Positions 42,613 through 56,864 of a stretch of 64,000 nucleotides of DNA are shown one piece after another. The notes under the pieces were generated by a model. The model was not told the origin of the DNA and ran no database searches. It saw only the letters and a program-made list of their open reading frames with translations. The DNA lies in the NCBI RefSeq assembly GCF_009914755.1, contig NC_060948.1. One strand, written 5' to 3'. Numbering within the stretch: the stretch's first letter is position 1; every line of letters begins with the position of its first letter. The translations under genes were made by a program, and so were the position numbers. Origin of the DNA: the human T2T-CHM13v2.0 reference genome, Homo sapiens.

Positions 42613-45600
42613 ACGGAATGGAATGGACAGCCACGGAATGGAATGCACTCGAATGCAATGGAGTCGAAACTAATGGACTGGAATAGAATGGACTCGACTG
42701 GTACGGACTCCAATGGAATGGAATCGAATGGAAGGGAATCGAACGGAATGGACTCGAAGGGAAAAGACTGCAATGGAAAGGTCTCGAATGGAATGGAAAT
42801 TAATGGAATGGAATGGAATCGAATGAAATGGAGTCAAAAGGAATGGAATCGAATGGCAAGAAATCGAATGTAATGGAATCGCAAGGAATTGATGTGAACG
42901 GAATGGAATGGAATGGAATCCAAAGGAATGGAATAGAATGGAATGGAATCGAATGGAAAGGACTCGAATGGAAATCACTCGAATAGAATGCAATTTAATA
43001 AAATAGGATCAAATGTAATGGAATGGAATGGAAAGGAATCGAAACGAAAGGAATGGAGACAGATGGAATGGAATGGAACAGAGAGCAATGGTATAGAATG
43101 GAATGGAATCATCTGGAGTGGAATTGAATGGAATGGAATAATATGAAATGGAATGGAATGGAATGGAATGGAATGCCCTTGAATTAAATGGACTGGAATG
43201 GAATGGACTCGAACAGAGTGGAATGGAAAGTGTTGAGATAGAATGGAATGGACTCCTTTGGAATGGTGTAGTATGCAATGCAATCGACTGGCAGGGAATC
43301 AAAAGGAATGTAATCGAATGGACTGGACTGGAATGCAATGGACTCGAATAGATTGGAAACGGAATGCAAAGGAATGGAATGGAATAGTATGGAATGGAAT
43401 GGAAAGGAATGGAGTGGAATAGACTAGAGTGGAATGGAATGGACTGGAAAGCAATGGACTGGAATGGAACTTTCTTGAATGGACTGGAATCAAACGGAAT
43501 GGAATGCAATGCAATCAAATGGCATGGAATAAAATAGAATGAAAGAGAATCGAATGGAATTGAATCGAATGGAATCGAATGGATTGGAAAGGAATAGAAT
43601 GGAATGGAATGGAATGGACTCAAATGGAATGGACTAGAATGGAATGGATTCGAATGGAAGGCAAAGGAATGGAATCTATTGGAATGGACTGTAATGGAAT
43701 GGAATGGAAGGGATTGGAATGGACTCGAATGGAATGGACTGCAATAGAAAGGATTCGAATGGAATGAAAAAGAATTGAATGGAATAGAACAGAATGGAAT
43801 CAAATCGAATGAAATGGAATGGAATAGAAAGGAATGGAATGAAATGGAATGGAAAGGATTCGAATGGAATGCAATCGAATGGAATGGAATCGAACGGAAT
43901 GGAATAAAATGGAAGAAAACTGGCAAGAAATGGAATCGAAATGAATGGAGTGTTATGGAACGGACTCAAAAGGAATTGAATGTAATAGAATGGAGTGGAG
44001 TGGACTCGAATATAATGGACTGGAATGGAATGAAATCACATGGAATGGGAACGAATGGAATGGAATGGAAAGGAATGGAATCGAATGGAAAGGAATCGAA
44101 TGGAAGGGAATGAAATTGAATCAACAGGAATGGAAGGGAATAGAATAGACGGTAATGGAATGGACTCGAATAGAATGGACACGAATGCTCAAATTGAATG
44201 GACTCGAATGGAATGGAAACGAAAGGAATGTCATCGAATGGAATTGAATCGATTGGAATGAAATCGCATAGAATGGAGTGGAATCAAATGGAATTGAATC
44301 GAAAGGAAAGGAAGCGAATGGACTGAAATGAAATGGAATGGAATTGAATGGAAAGTAATGCAATGGAATAGAATGGAACGAAATTTCACGGAATGGAATC
44401 AAACTGAATGGAATCAAATCAATGGAATCAAATCAAATGGAATGGAAAGGAATTGAATGGAGTAGATTGGATTGGATGGGATTGGAATGAAATGTACTGG
44501 AAAGGACTCGAATTTCATGAAACGGAATGGAATGAATTGGAACGGAATGGACTCGAATGGAATGGAATGTCATGGAATGGCATCAAATGGAATGGCATCA
44601 AATGGAATGGAATCGAATGCAATGGAATGCTATGGAATGGAATGGAATGCATTGGAATGGAATGTCCTCTAATGGAATGGATTCGAGTGGAATGGAATCG
44701 AATATAATGGAGTCGAATGAAATGGAATTGAAAGGAATGGGATCGAATAGAATGGAATATACTGGAATGTAATGTAATGAACTCGAATGTAATTGACTGG
44801 AATGGAATGTACATGAATGGAATGTAATCGAATGGAAAGTAATCCAATGGAATAGAATCTAATGCAATAAAACCGACTCAGATAGAGTAGAATGTAATGG
44901 AATGGAGTGCAGTGCAATGGAAGGGAATGGAATTGAATGCAATGGAATGGAATGGAATGGAATGGAATGGAATGGAATGGAATGGAATGGAATGGAATGG
45001 ATAGTAATGGACTGGAGTGAAATGGACTGGAAAGGAATGGACTCAAATTGAAAGGGCTCGAAAGGAATGGAGTCAAATGGAATGGTCTGGAATGGAATGA
45101 ACACGAATGTAATGCAATCCAATAGAATGGAATCGAATGGCATGGAATATAAAGAAATGGAATCGAAGAGAATGGAAACAAATGGAATGGAATTGAATGG
45201 AATGGAATTGAATGGAATGGGAACGAATGGAGTGAAATTGTATGCAGTAGAAGGGAATAGAATGGAATGCAAGCGAAAGGAAAGGAATGGATTGGAATGG
45301 AATGGAATTCATTGGAATGGAAGGGAATGTAGTGTAATGGACAGGCCTGGAATAAAGTGGAATGCTACGGTCTCGAATGGAATAAAAATGTATGGAATGG
45401 AATGCAATGAAACGGAATCGAATGTCATAGAATGTAATGGAATGCAACAAAATGGAATCCAAAATCATTGACTGGAAAGGCTGGGTGTCGAAAGGAATTG
45501 ACTCCAATGGAATGGAATCGAATGGAATGGAAGTGAATAGAATCGAACTAAATCGAATGGAATGGAATTGATAGGAACGGAATGGAAAGGAATGCAATGA

Positions 45601-46171
45601 TTTGGCATGGAATGGAATCGAATGGCATCGAATGGAATGGAATGGAATGCAATGGAATGGAATGTATTAGAATGTAATGAACTTTAATGGAATGTACTCG
45701 AATGGATTCGACTGGAATGGAATGTTCTGGAAGTGAATGGACTCCAATGCAATGGATTCAATAGGAATGGAATCGTACGGAATGGAATCTAATGGAATGG
45801 AATTAAATGGAAATGAATCAAATTGAATAGCACGGAATTGAATTGCATGGAATGGAATGCAATGGAATCTAATGAAACGGAAAGGAAAGGAATGGAATGG
45901 AATGGAATGGACTGGAATGGAAAGGAATCTAAACGAATGGAATGGAATCGAACTGAAGAGACTGGAATGGAATGCACTGGAATGGAAGGGAGTGTAATGG
46001 AAGGTTCTCGAAAAAAATGGAATCGAATGGAATGGAATTGAATGGAACGGAATAGAGTCGAATGGAATTGAATGGAATGGAATGGACTAGAGTGAAATGG
46101 AATCGAACCACAAGGAATGGACATGAATAGAATGGTCTCGAATTGAATGGAATCGTATGGAATGGCATCAA
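42613..46171 (+). repeat. DYZ1 unit 13 (3559 bp)
   Basis: Anchor recurs at 42613. Pure (GGAAT)11 at 44944-44998. Confidence 0.9.
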
Positions 46172-49100
46172 ACGGAATGGAATGGACAGCCACGGAATGG
46201 AATGCACTCGAATGCAATGGAGTCGAAACTAATGGACTGGAATAGAATGGACTCGACTGGTACGGACTCCAATGGAATGGAATCGAATGGAAGGGAATCG
46301 AACGGAATGGACTCGAAGGGAAAAGACTGCAATGGAAAGGTCTCGAATGGAATGGAAATTAATGGAATGGAATGGAATCGAATGAAATGGAGTCAAAAGG
46401 AATGGAATCGAATGGCAAGAAATCGAATGTAATGGAATCACAAGGAATTGATGTGAACGGAACGGAATGGAATGGAATCCAAAGGAATGGAATAGAATGG
46501 AATGGAATCGAACGGAAAGGACTCGAATGGAAATCACTGGAATAGAATGCAATTTAATAAAATAGGATCAAATGTAATGGAATGGAATGGAAAGGAATCG
46601 AAACGAAAGGAATGGAGACAGATGGAATGGAATGGAACAGACAGCAATGGTATAGAATGGAATGGAATCATCTGGAATGGAATTGAATGGAATGGAATAA
46701 TATGAAATGGAATGGAATGGAATGGAATGGAATGCCCTTGAATTAAATGGACTGGAATGGAATGGACTCGAACAGAGTGGAATGGAAAGTGTTGAGATAG
46801 AATGGAATGGACTCCTTTGGAATGGTGTAGTATGCAATGCAATCGACTGGCAGGGAATCAAAAGGAATGTAATCGAATGGACTGGACTGGAATGCAATGG
46901 ACTCGAATAGATTGGAAACGGAATGCAAAGGAATGGAATGGAATAGTATGGAATGGAATGGAAAGGAATGGAGTGGAATAGACTAGAGTGGAATGGAATG
47001 GACTGGAAAGCAATGGACTGGAATGGAACTTTCTTGAATGGACTGGAATCAAACGCAATGGAATGCAATGCAATCAAATGGCATGGAATAAAATAGAATG
47101 AAAGAGAATCGAATGGAATTGAATCGAATGGAATCGAATGGATTGGAAAGGAATAGAATGGAATGGAATGGAATTGACTCAAATGGAATGGACTAGAATG
47201 GAATGGATTCGAATGGAAGGCAAAGGAATGGAATCTATTGGTATGGACTGTAATGGAATGGAATGGAAGGGATTGGAATGGACTCGAATGGAATGGACTG
47301 CAATAGAAAGGATTCGAATGGAATGAAAAAGAATTGAATGGAATAGAACAGAATGGAATCAAATCGAATGAAATGGAATGGAATAGAAAGGAATGGAATG
47401 AAATGGAATGGAAAGGATTCGAATGGAATGCAATCGAATGGAATGGAATCGAACGGAATGGAATAAAATGGAAGAAAACTGGCAAGAAATGGAATCGAAA
47501 TGAATGGAGTGTTATGGAACGGACTCAAAAGGAATTGAATGTAATAGAATGGAGTGGAGTGGACTCGAATATAATGGACTGGAATGGAATGAAATCACAT
47601 GGAATGGGAATGAATGGAATGGAATGGAAAGGAATGGAATCGAATGGAAAGGAATCGAATGGAAGGGAATGAAATTGAATCAACAGGAATGGAAGGGAAT
47701 AGAATAGACGGTAATGGAATGGACTCGAATAGAATGGACAGGAATGCTCAAATTGAATGGACTCGAATGGAATGGAAACGAAAGGAATGTCATCGAATGG
47801 AATTGAATCGATTGGAATGAAATCGTATAGAATGGAGTGGAATCAAATGGAATTGAATCGAAAGGAAAGGAAGCAAATGGACTGAAATGAAATGGAATGG
47901 AATTGAATGGAAAGTTATGTAATGGAATAGAATGGAACGAAATTTCACGGAATGGAATCAAACTGAATGGAATCAAATCAATGGAATCAAATCAAATGGA
48001 ATGGAAAGGAATTGAATGGAGTAGATTGGATTGGATGGGATTGGAATGAAATGTACTGGAAAGGACTCGAATTTCATGAAACGGAATGGAATGAATTGGA
48101 ACGGAACGGACTCGAATGGAATGGAATGTCATGGAATGGCATCAAATGGAATGGCATCAAATGGAATGGAATCGAATGCAATGGAATGCTATGGAATGGA
48201 ATGGAATGCATTGGAATGGAATGTCCTCTAATGGAATGGATTCGAGTGGAATGGAATCGAATATAATGGAGTCGAATGAAATGGAATTGAAAGGAATGGG
48301 ATCGAATACAATGGAATATACTGGAATGTAAGGTAATGAACTCGAATGTAATTGACTGGAATGGAATGTACATGAATGGAATGTAATCGAATGGAAAGTA
48401 TATCCAATGGAATAGAATCTAATGCAATAAAATCGACTCAGATAGAGTAGAATGTAATGGAATGGAGTGCAGTGCAATGGAATGGAATGGAATGGAATGC
48501 AATGGAATGGAATGGAATGGAATGGAATGGAATGGAATGGAATGGAATGGAATGGAATGGTGTGGAATGGATAGTAATGGACTGGAGTGAAATGGACTGG
48601 AAAGGAATGGACTCAAATTGAAAGGGCTCGAAAGGAATGGAGTCAAATGGAATGGTCTGGAATGGAATGAACACGAATGTAATGCAATCCAATAGAATGG
48701 AATCGAATGGCATGGAATATAAAGAAATGGAATCGAAGAGAATGGAAACAAATGGAATGGAATTGAGTGGAATGGAATTGAATGGAATGGGAACGAATGG
48801 AGTGAAATTGTATGCAGTAGAAGAGAATAGAATGGAATGCAAGCGAAAGGAAAGGAATGGATTGGAATGGAATGGAATTCATTGGAATGGAAGGGAATGT
48901 AGTGTAATGGACAGGCCTGGAATAAAGTGGAATGCTACGGTCTCGAATGGAATAAAAATGTATGGAATGGAATGCAATGAAACGGAATCGAATGTCATAG
49001 AATGTAATGGAATGCAAAAAAATGGAATCCAAAATCATTGACTGGAAAGGCTGGGTGTCGAAAGGAATTGACTCCAATGGAATGGAATCGAATTTAATGG

Positions 49101-49741
49101 AAGTGAATAGAATCGAACTAAATCGAATGGAATGGAATTGATAGGAACGGAATGGAAAGGAATGCAATGATTTGGCATGGAATGGAATCGAATGGCATCG
49201 AATGGAATGGAATGGAATGCAATGGAATGGAATGTATTAGAATGTAATGAAATTTAATGGAATGTACTCGAATGGATTCGACTGGAATGGAATGTTCTGG
49301 AAGTGAATGGACTCCAATGGAATGGATTCAAAAGGAATGGAAACGTACGGAATGGAATCTAATGGAATGGAATTAAATGGAAATGAATCAAATTGAATAG
49401 CACGGAATTGAATTGAATGAAATGGAATGCAATGGAATCTAATGAAACGGAAAGGAAAGGAATGGAATGGAATGGAATGGGCTGGAATGGAAAGGAATCG
49501 AAACGAATGGAATGGAATCGAACTGAAGAGACTGGAATGGAATGCACTGGAATGGAAGGGAGTGTAATGGAAGGTTGTCGAAAAAAATGGAATCGAATGG
49601 AATGGAATTGAATGGAACGGAATAGAGTCGAATGGAATTGAATGGAATGGAATGGACTAGAGTGAAATGGAATCGAACCACAAGGAATGGACAGGAATAG
49701 AATGGTCTCGAATTGAATGGAATCGTATGGAATGGCATCAA
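46172..49741 (+). repeat. DYZ1 unit 14 (3570 bp)
   Basis: Anchor recurs at 46172. Private 1-bp T insertion near 48401. Confidence 0.9.
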
Positions 49742-52700
49742 ACGGAATGGAATGGACAGCCACGGAATGGAATGCACTCGAATGCAATGGAGTCGAAACT
49801 TATGGACTGGAATAGAATGGACTCGACTGGTACGGACTCCAATGGAATGGAATCGAATGGAAGGGATTCGAACGGAATGGACTCGAAGGGAAAAGACTGC
49901 AATGGAAAGGTCTCGAATGGAATGGAAATTAATGGAATGGAATGGAATCGAATGAAATGGAGTCAAAAGGAATGGAATCGAATGGCAAGAAATCGAATGT
50001 AATGGAATCGCAAGGAATTGATGTGAACGGAACGGAATGGAATGGAATCCAAAGGAATGGAATAGAATGGAATGGAATCGAATGGAAAGGACTCGAATGG
50101 AAATCACTCGAATAGAATGCAATTTAATAAAATAGGATCAAATGGAATGGAATGGAATGGAAAGGAATCGAAACGAAAGGAATGGAGACAGATGGAATGG
50201 AATGGAACAGAGAGCAATGGTATAGAATGGAATGGAATCATCTGGAATGGAATTGAATGGAATGGAATAATATGAAATGGAATGGAATGGAATGGAATGG
50301 AATGCCCTTGAATTAAATGGACTGGAATGGAATGGACTCGAACAGAGTGGAATGGAAAGTGTTGAGATAGAATGGAATGGACTCCTTTGGAATGGTGTAG
50401 TATGCAATGCAATCGACTGGCAGGGAATCAAAAGGAATGTAATCGAATGGATTGGACTGGAATGCAATGGACTCGAATAGATTGCAAACGGAATGCAATG
50501 GAATGGAATGGAATAGTATGGAATGGAATGGAAAGGAACGGAGTGGAATAGACTAGAGTGGAATGGAATGGACTGGAAAGCAATGGACTGGAATGGAACT
50601 TTCTTGAATGGACTGGAATCAAACGGAATGGAATGCAATGCAATCAAATGGCATGGAATAAAATAGAATGAAAGAGAATCAAATGGAATTGAATCGAATG
50701 GAATCGAATGGATTGGAAAGGAATAGAATGGAATGGAATGGAATGGACTCAAATGGAATGGACTAGAATGGAATGGATTCGAATGGAAGGCAAAGGAATG
50801 GAATCTATTGGAATGGACTGTAATGGAATGGAATGGAAGGGATTGGAATGGACTCGAATGGAATGGACTGCAATAGAAAGGATTCGAATGGAATGAAAAA
50901 GAATTGAATGGAATAGAACAGAATGGAATCAAATCGAATGAAATGGAATGGAATAGAAAGGAATGGAATGAAATGGAATGGAAAGGATTCGAATGGAATG
51001 CAATCGAATGGAATGGAATCGAACGGAATGGAATAAAATGGAAGAAAACTGGCAAGAAATGGAATCGAAATGAATGGAGTGTTATGGAACGGACTCAAAA
51101 GGAATTGAATGTAATAGAATGGAGTGGAGTGGACTCGAATATAATGGACTGGAATGGAATGAAATCACATGGAATGGGAACGAATGGAATGGAATGGAAA
51201 GGAATGGAATCGAATGGAAAGGAATCGAATGGAAGGGAATGAAATTGAATCAACAGGAATGGAAGGGAATAGAATAGACGGTAATGGAATGGACTCGAAT
51301 AGAATGGACACGAATGCTCAAATTGAATGGACTCGAATGGAATGGAAACGAAAGGAATGTCATCGAATGGAATTGAATCGATTGGAATGAAATCGCATAG
51401 AATGGAGTGGAATCAAATAGAATTGAATCGAAAGGAAAGGAAGCGAATGGACTGAAATGAAATGGAATGGAATTGAATGGAAAGTAATGCAATGGAATAG
51501 AATGGAACGAAATTTCACGGAATGGAATCAAACTGAATGGAATCAAATCAATGGAATCTAATCAAATGGAATGGAAAGGAATTGAATGGAATAGATTGGA
51601 TTGGATGGGATTGGAATGAAATGTACTGGAAAGGACTCGAATTTCATGAAACGGAATGGAATGAATTGGAACGGAATGGACTCGAATGGAATGGAATGTC
51701 ATGGAATGGCATCAAATGGAATGGCATCAAATGGAATGGAATCGAATGCAATGGAATGCTATGGAATGGAATGGAATGCATTGGAATGGAATGTCCTCTA
51801 ATGGAATGGATTCGAGTGGAATGGAATCGAATATAATGGAGTCGAATGAAATGGAATTGAAAGGAATGGGATCGAATACAATGGAATATACTGGAATGTA
51901 ATGTAATGAACTCGAATGTAATTGACTGGAATGGAATGTACATGAATGGAATGTAATCGAATGGAAAGTAATCCAATGGAATAGAATCTAATGCAATAAA
52001 ATCGACTCAGATAGAGTAGAATGTAATGGAATGGAGTGCAGTGCAATGGAATGGAATGGAATGGAATGCAATTGAATGGAATGGAATGGAATGGAATGGA
52101 ATGGAATGGGATGGAATGGTATGGAATGGATAGTAATGGACTGGAGTGAAATGGACTGGAAAGGAATGGACTCAAATTCAAAGGGCTCGAAAGGAATGGT
52201 GTCAAATGGAATGGTCTGGAATGGAATGAACACGAATGTAATGCAATCCAATAGAATGGAATCGAATGGCATGGAATATAAAGAAATGGAATCGGAGAGA
52301 ATGGAAACAAATGGAATGGAATTGAATGGAATGGAATTGAATGGAATGGGAACGAATGGAGTGAAATTGTATGCAGTAGAAGGGAATAGAATGGAATGCA
52401 AGCGAAAGGAAAGGAATGGATTGGAATGGAATGGAATTCATTGGAATGGAAGGGAATGTAGTGTAATGGACAGGCCTGGAATAAAGTGGAATGCTACGGT
52501 CTCGAATGGAATAAAAATGTATGGAATGGAATGCAATGAAATGGAATCGAATGTCATAGAATCTAATGGAATGCAACAAAATGGAATCCAATATCATTGA
52601 CTGCAAAGGCTGGGTGTCGAAAGGAATTGACTCCAATGGAATGGAATCGAATGGAATGGAAGTGAATAGAATCGAACTAAATCGAATGGAATGGAATTGA

Positions 52701-53300
52701 TAGGAACGGAATGGAAAGGAATGCAATGATTTGGCATGGAATGGAATCGAATGGCATCGAATGGAATGGAATGGAATGCAATGGAATGGAATGTATTAGA
52801 ATGTAATGAACTTTAATGGAATGTACTCGAATGGATTCGACTGGAATGGAATGTTCTGGAAGTGAATGGACTCCAATGGAATGGATTCAAAAGGAATGGA
52901 ATCGTACGGAATGGAATCTAATGGAATGGAATTAAATGGAAATGAATCAAATTGAATAGCACGGAATTGAATTGAATGGAATCGAATGCAATGGAATCTA
53001 ATGAAACGGAAAGGAAAGGAATGCAATGGAATGGAATGGGCTGGAATGGAAAGGAATCGAAACGAATGGAATGGAATCGAACTGAAGAGACTGGAATGGA
53101 ATGCACTGGAATGGAAGGGAGTGTAATGGAAGGTTCTCGAAAAAAATGGAATCGAATGGAATGGAATTGAATGGAACGGAATAGAGTCGAATGGAATTGA
53201 ATGGAATGGAATGGACTAGAGTGAAATGGAATCGAACCACAAGGAATGGACAGGAATAGAATGGTCTCGAATTGAATGGAATCGTATGGAATGGCATCAA
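49742..53300 (+). repeat. DYZ1 unit 15 (3559 bp)
   Basis: Anchor recurs at 49742. Confidence 0.9.
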
Positions 53301-56300
53301 ACGGAATGGAATGGACAGCCACGGAATGGAATGCACTCGAATGCAATGGAGTCGAAACTAATGGACTGGAATAGAATGGACTCGACTGGTACGGACTCCA
53401 ATGGAATGGAATCGAATGGAAGGGAATCGAACGGAATGGACTCGAAGGGAAAAGACTGCAATGGAAAGGTCTCGAATGGAATGGAAATTAATGGAATGGA
53501 ATGGAATCGAATGAAATGGAGTCAAAAGGAATGGAATCGAATGGCAAGAAATCGAATGTAATGGAATCGCAAGGAATTGATGTGAACGGAACGGAATGGA
53601 ATGGAATCCAAAGGAATGGAATAGAATGGAATGGAATCGAATGGAAAGGACTCGAATGGAAATCACTCGAATAGAATGCAATTTAATAAAATAGGATCAA
53701 ATGTAATGGAATGGAATGGAAAGGAATCGAAACGAAAGGAATGGAGACAGATGGAATGGAATGGAACAGAGAGCAATGGTATAGAATGGAATGGAATCAT
53801 CTGGAATGGAATTGAATGGAATGGAATAATATGAAATGGAATGGAATGGAATGGAATGGAATGCCCTTGAATTGAATGGACTGGAATGGAATGGACTCGA
53901 ACAGAGTGGAATGGAAAGTGTTGAGATAGAATGGAATGGACTCCTTTGGAATGGTCTAGTATGCAATGCAATCGACTGGCAGGGAATCAAAAGGAATGTA
54001 ATCGAATGGATTGGACTGGAATGCAATGGACTCGAATAGATTGGAAACGGAATGCAAAGGAATGGAATGGAATAGTATGGAATGGAATGGAAAGGAATGG
54101 AGTGGAATGGACTAGAGTGGAATGGAATGGACTGGAAAGCAATGGACTGGAATGGAACTTTCTTGAATGGACTGGAATCAAACGGAATGGAATGCAATGC
54201 AATCAAATGGCATGGAATAAAATAGATTGAAAGAGAATCAAATGGAATTGAATCGAATGGAATCGAATGGATTGGAAAGGAATAGAATGGAATGGAATGG
54301 AATTGACTCAAATGGAATGGACTAGAATGGAATGGATTCGAATGGAAGGCAAAGGAATGGAATCTATTGGAATGGACTGTAATGGAATGGAATGGAAGGG
54401 ATTGGAATGGACTCGAATGGAATGGACTGCAATAGAAAGGATTCGAATGGAATGAAAAAGAATTGAATGGAATAGAACAGAATGGAATCAAATCGAATGA
54501 AATGGAATGGAATAGAAAGGAATGGAATGAAATGGAATGGAAAGGATTCGAATGGAATGCAATCGAATGGAATGGAATCGAACGGAATGGAATAAAATGG
54601 AAGAAAACTGGCAAGAAATGGAATCGAAATGAATGGAGTGTTATGGAACGGACTCAAAAGGAATTGAATGTAATAGAATGGAGTGGAGTGGACTCGAATA
54701 TAATGGACTGGAATGGAATGAAATCACATGGAATGGGAACGAATGGAATGGAATGGAAAGGAATGGAATCGAATGGAAAGGAATCGAATGGAAGGGAATG
54801 AAATTGAATCAGCAGGAATGGAAGGGAATAGAATAGACGGTAATGGAATGGACTCGAATAGAATGGACACGAATGCTCAAATTGAATGGACTCGAATGGA
54901 ATGGAAACGAAAGGAATGTCATCGAATGGAATTGAATCGATTGGAATGAAATCGCATAGAATGGAGTGGAATCAAATGGAATTGAATCGAAAGGAAAGGA
55001 AGCGAATGGACTGAAATGAAATGGAATGGAATTGAATGGAAAGTAATGCAATGGAATAGAATGGAACGAAATTTCACGGAATGGAATCAAACTGAATGGA
55101 ATCAAATCAATGGAATCTAATCAAATGGAATGGAAAGGAATTGAATGGAGTAGATTGGATTGGATGGGATTGGAATGAAATGTACTGGAAAGGACTCGAA
55201 TTTCATGAAACGGAATGGAATGAATTGGAACGGAATGGACTCGAATGGAATGGAATGTCATGGAATGGCATCAAATGGAATGGCATCAAATGGAATGGAA
55301 TCGAATGCAATGGAATGTTATGGAATGGAATGGAATGCATTGGAATGGAATGTCCTCTAATGGAATGGATTCGAGTGGAATGGAATCGAATATAATGGAG
55401 TCGAATGAAATGGAATTGAAGGGAATGGGATCGAATAGAATGGAATATACTGGAATGTAATGTAATGAACTCGAATGTAATTGACTGGAATGGAATGTAC
55501 ATGAATGGAAGGTAATCGAATGGAAAGTAATCCAATGGAATAGAATCTAATGCAATAAAACCGACTCAGATAGAGTAGAATGTAATGGAATGGAATGCAG
55601 TGCAATGGAATGGAATGGAATTGAATGCAATGGAATGGAATGGAATGGAATGGAATGGAATGGAATGGAATGGAATGGAATGGAATGGGATGGAATGGTA
55701 TGGAATGGATAGTAATGGACTGGAGTGAAATGGACTGGAAAGGAATGGACTCAAATTGAAAGGGCTCGAAAGGAATGGAGTCAAATGGAATGGTCTGGAA
55801 TGGAATGAACACGAATGTAATGCAATCCAATAGAATGGAATCGAATGGCATGGAATATAAAGAAATGGATTCGAAGAGAATGGAAACAAATGGAATGGAA
55901 TTGAATGGAATGGAATTGAATGGAATGGGAACGAATGGAGTGAAATTGTATGCAGTAGAAGGGAATAGAATGGAATGCAAGCGAAAGGAAAGGAATGGAT
56001 TGGAATGGAATGGAATTCATTGGAATGGAAGGGAATGTAGTGTAATGGACAGGCCTGGAATAAAGTGGAATGCTACGGTCTCGAATGGAATAAAAATGTA
56101 TGGAATGGAATGCAATGAAACGGAATCGAATGTCATAGAATGTAATGGAATGCAAAAAAATGGAATCCAAAATCATTGACTGGAAAGGCTGGGTGTCGAA
56201 AGGAATTGACTCCAATGGAATGGAATCGAATGGAATGGAAGTGAATAGAATCGAACTAAATCGAATGGAATGGAACTGATAGGAACGGAATGGAAAGGAA

Positions 56301-56864
56301 TGCAATGATTTGGCATGGAATGGAATCGAATGGCATCGAATGGAATGGAATGGAATATATTAGAATGTAATGAACTTTAATGGAATATACTCGAATGGAT
56401 TCGACTGGAATGGAATGTTCTGGAAGTGAATGGACTCCAATGGAATGGATTCAAAAGGAATGGAATCGTACGGAATGGAATCTAATGGAATGGAATTAAA
56501 TGGAAATGAATCAAATTGAATAGCACGGAATTGAATTGAATGGAATGGAATGCAATGGAATCTAATGAAACGGAAAGGAAAGGAATGGAATGGAATGGAA
56601 TGGGCTGGAATGGAAAGGAATCGAAACGAATGGAATGGAATCGAACTGAAGAGACTGGAATGGAATGCACTGGAATGGAAGGGAGTGTAATGGAAGGTTC
56701 TCAAGAAAAATGGAATCGAATGGAATGGAATTGAATGGAACGGAATAGAGTCGAATGGAATTGAATGGAATGGAATGGACTAGAGTGAAATGGAATCGAA
56801 CCACAAGGAATGGACAGGAATAGAATGGTCTCGAATTGAATGGAATCGTATGGAATGGCATCAA
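53301..56864 (+). repeat. DYZ1 unit 16 (3564 bp)
   Basis: Anchor recurs at 53301. Carries a 15-bp deletion near 56355 and (GGAAT)11 at 55632-55686. Confidence 0.9.
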
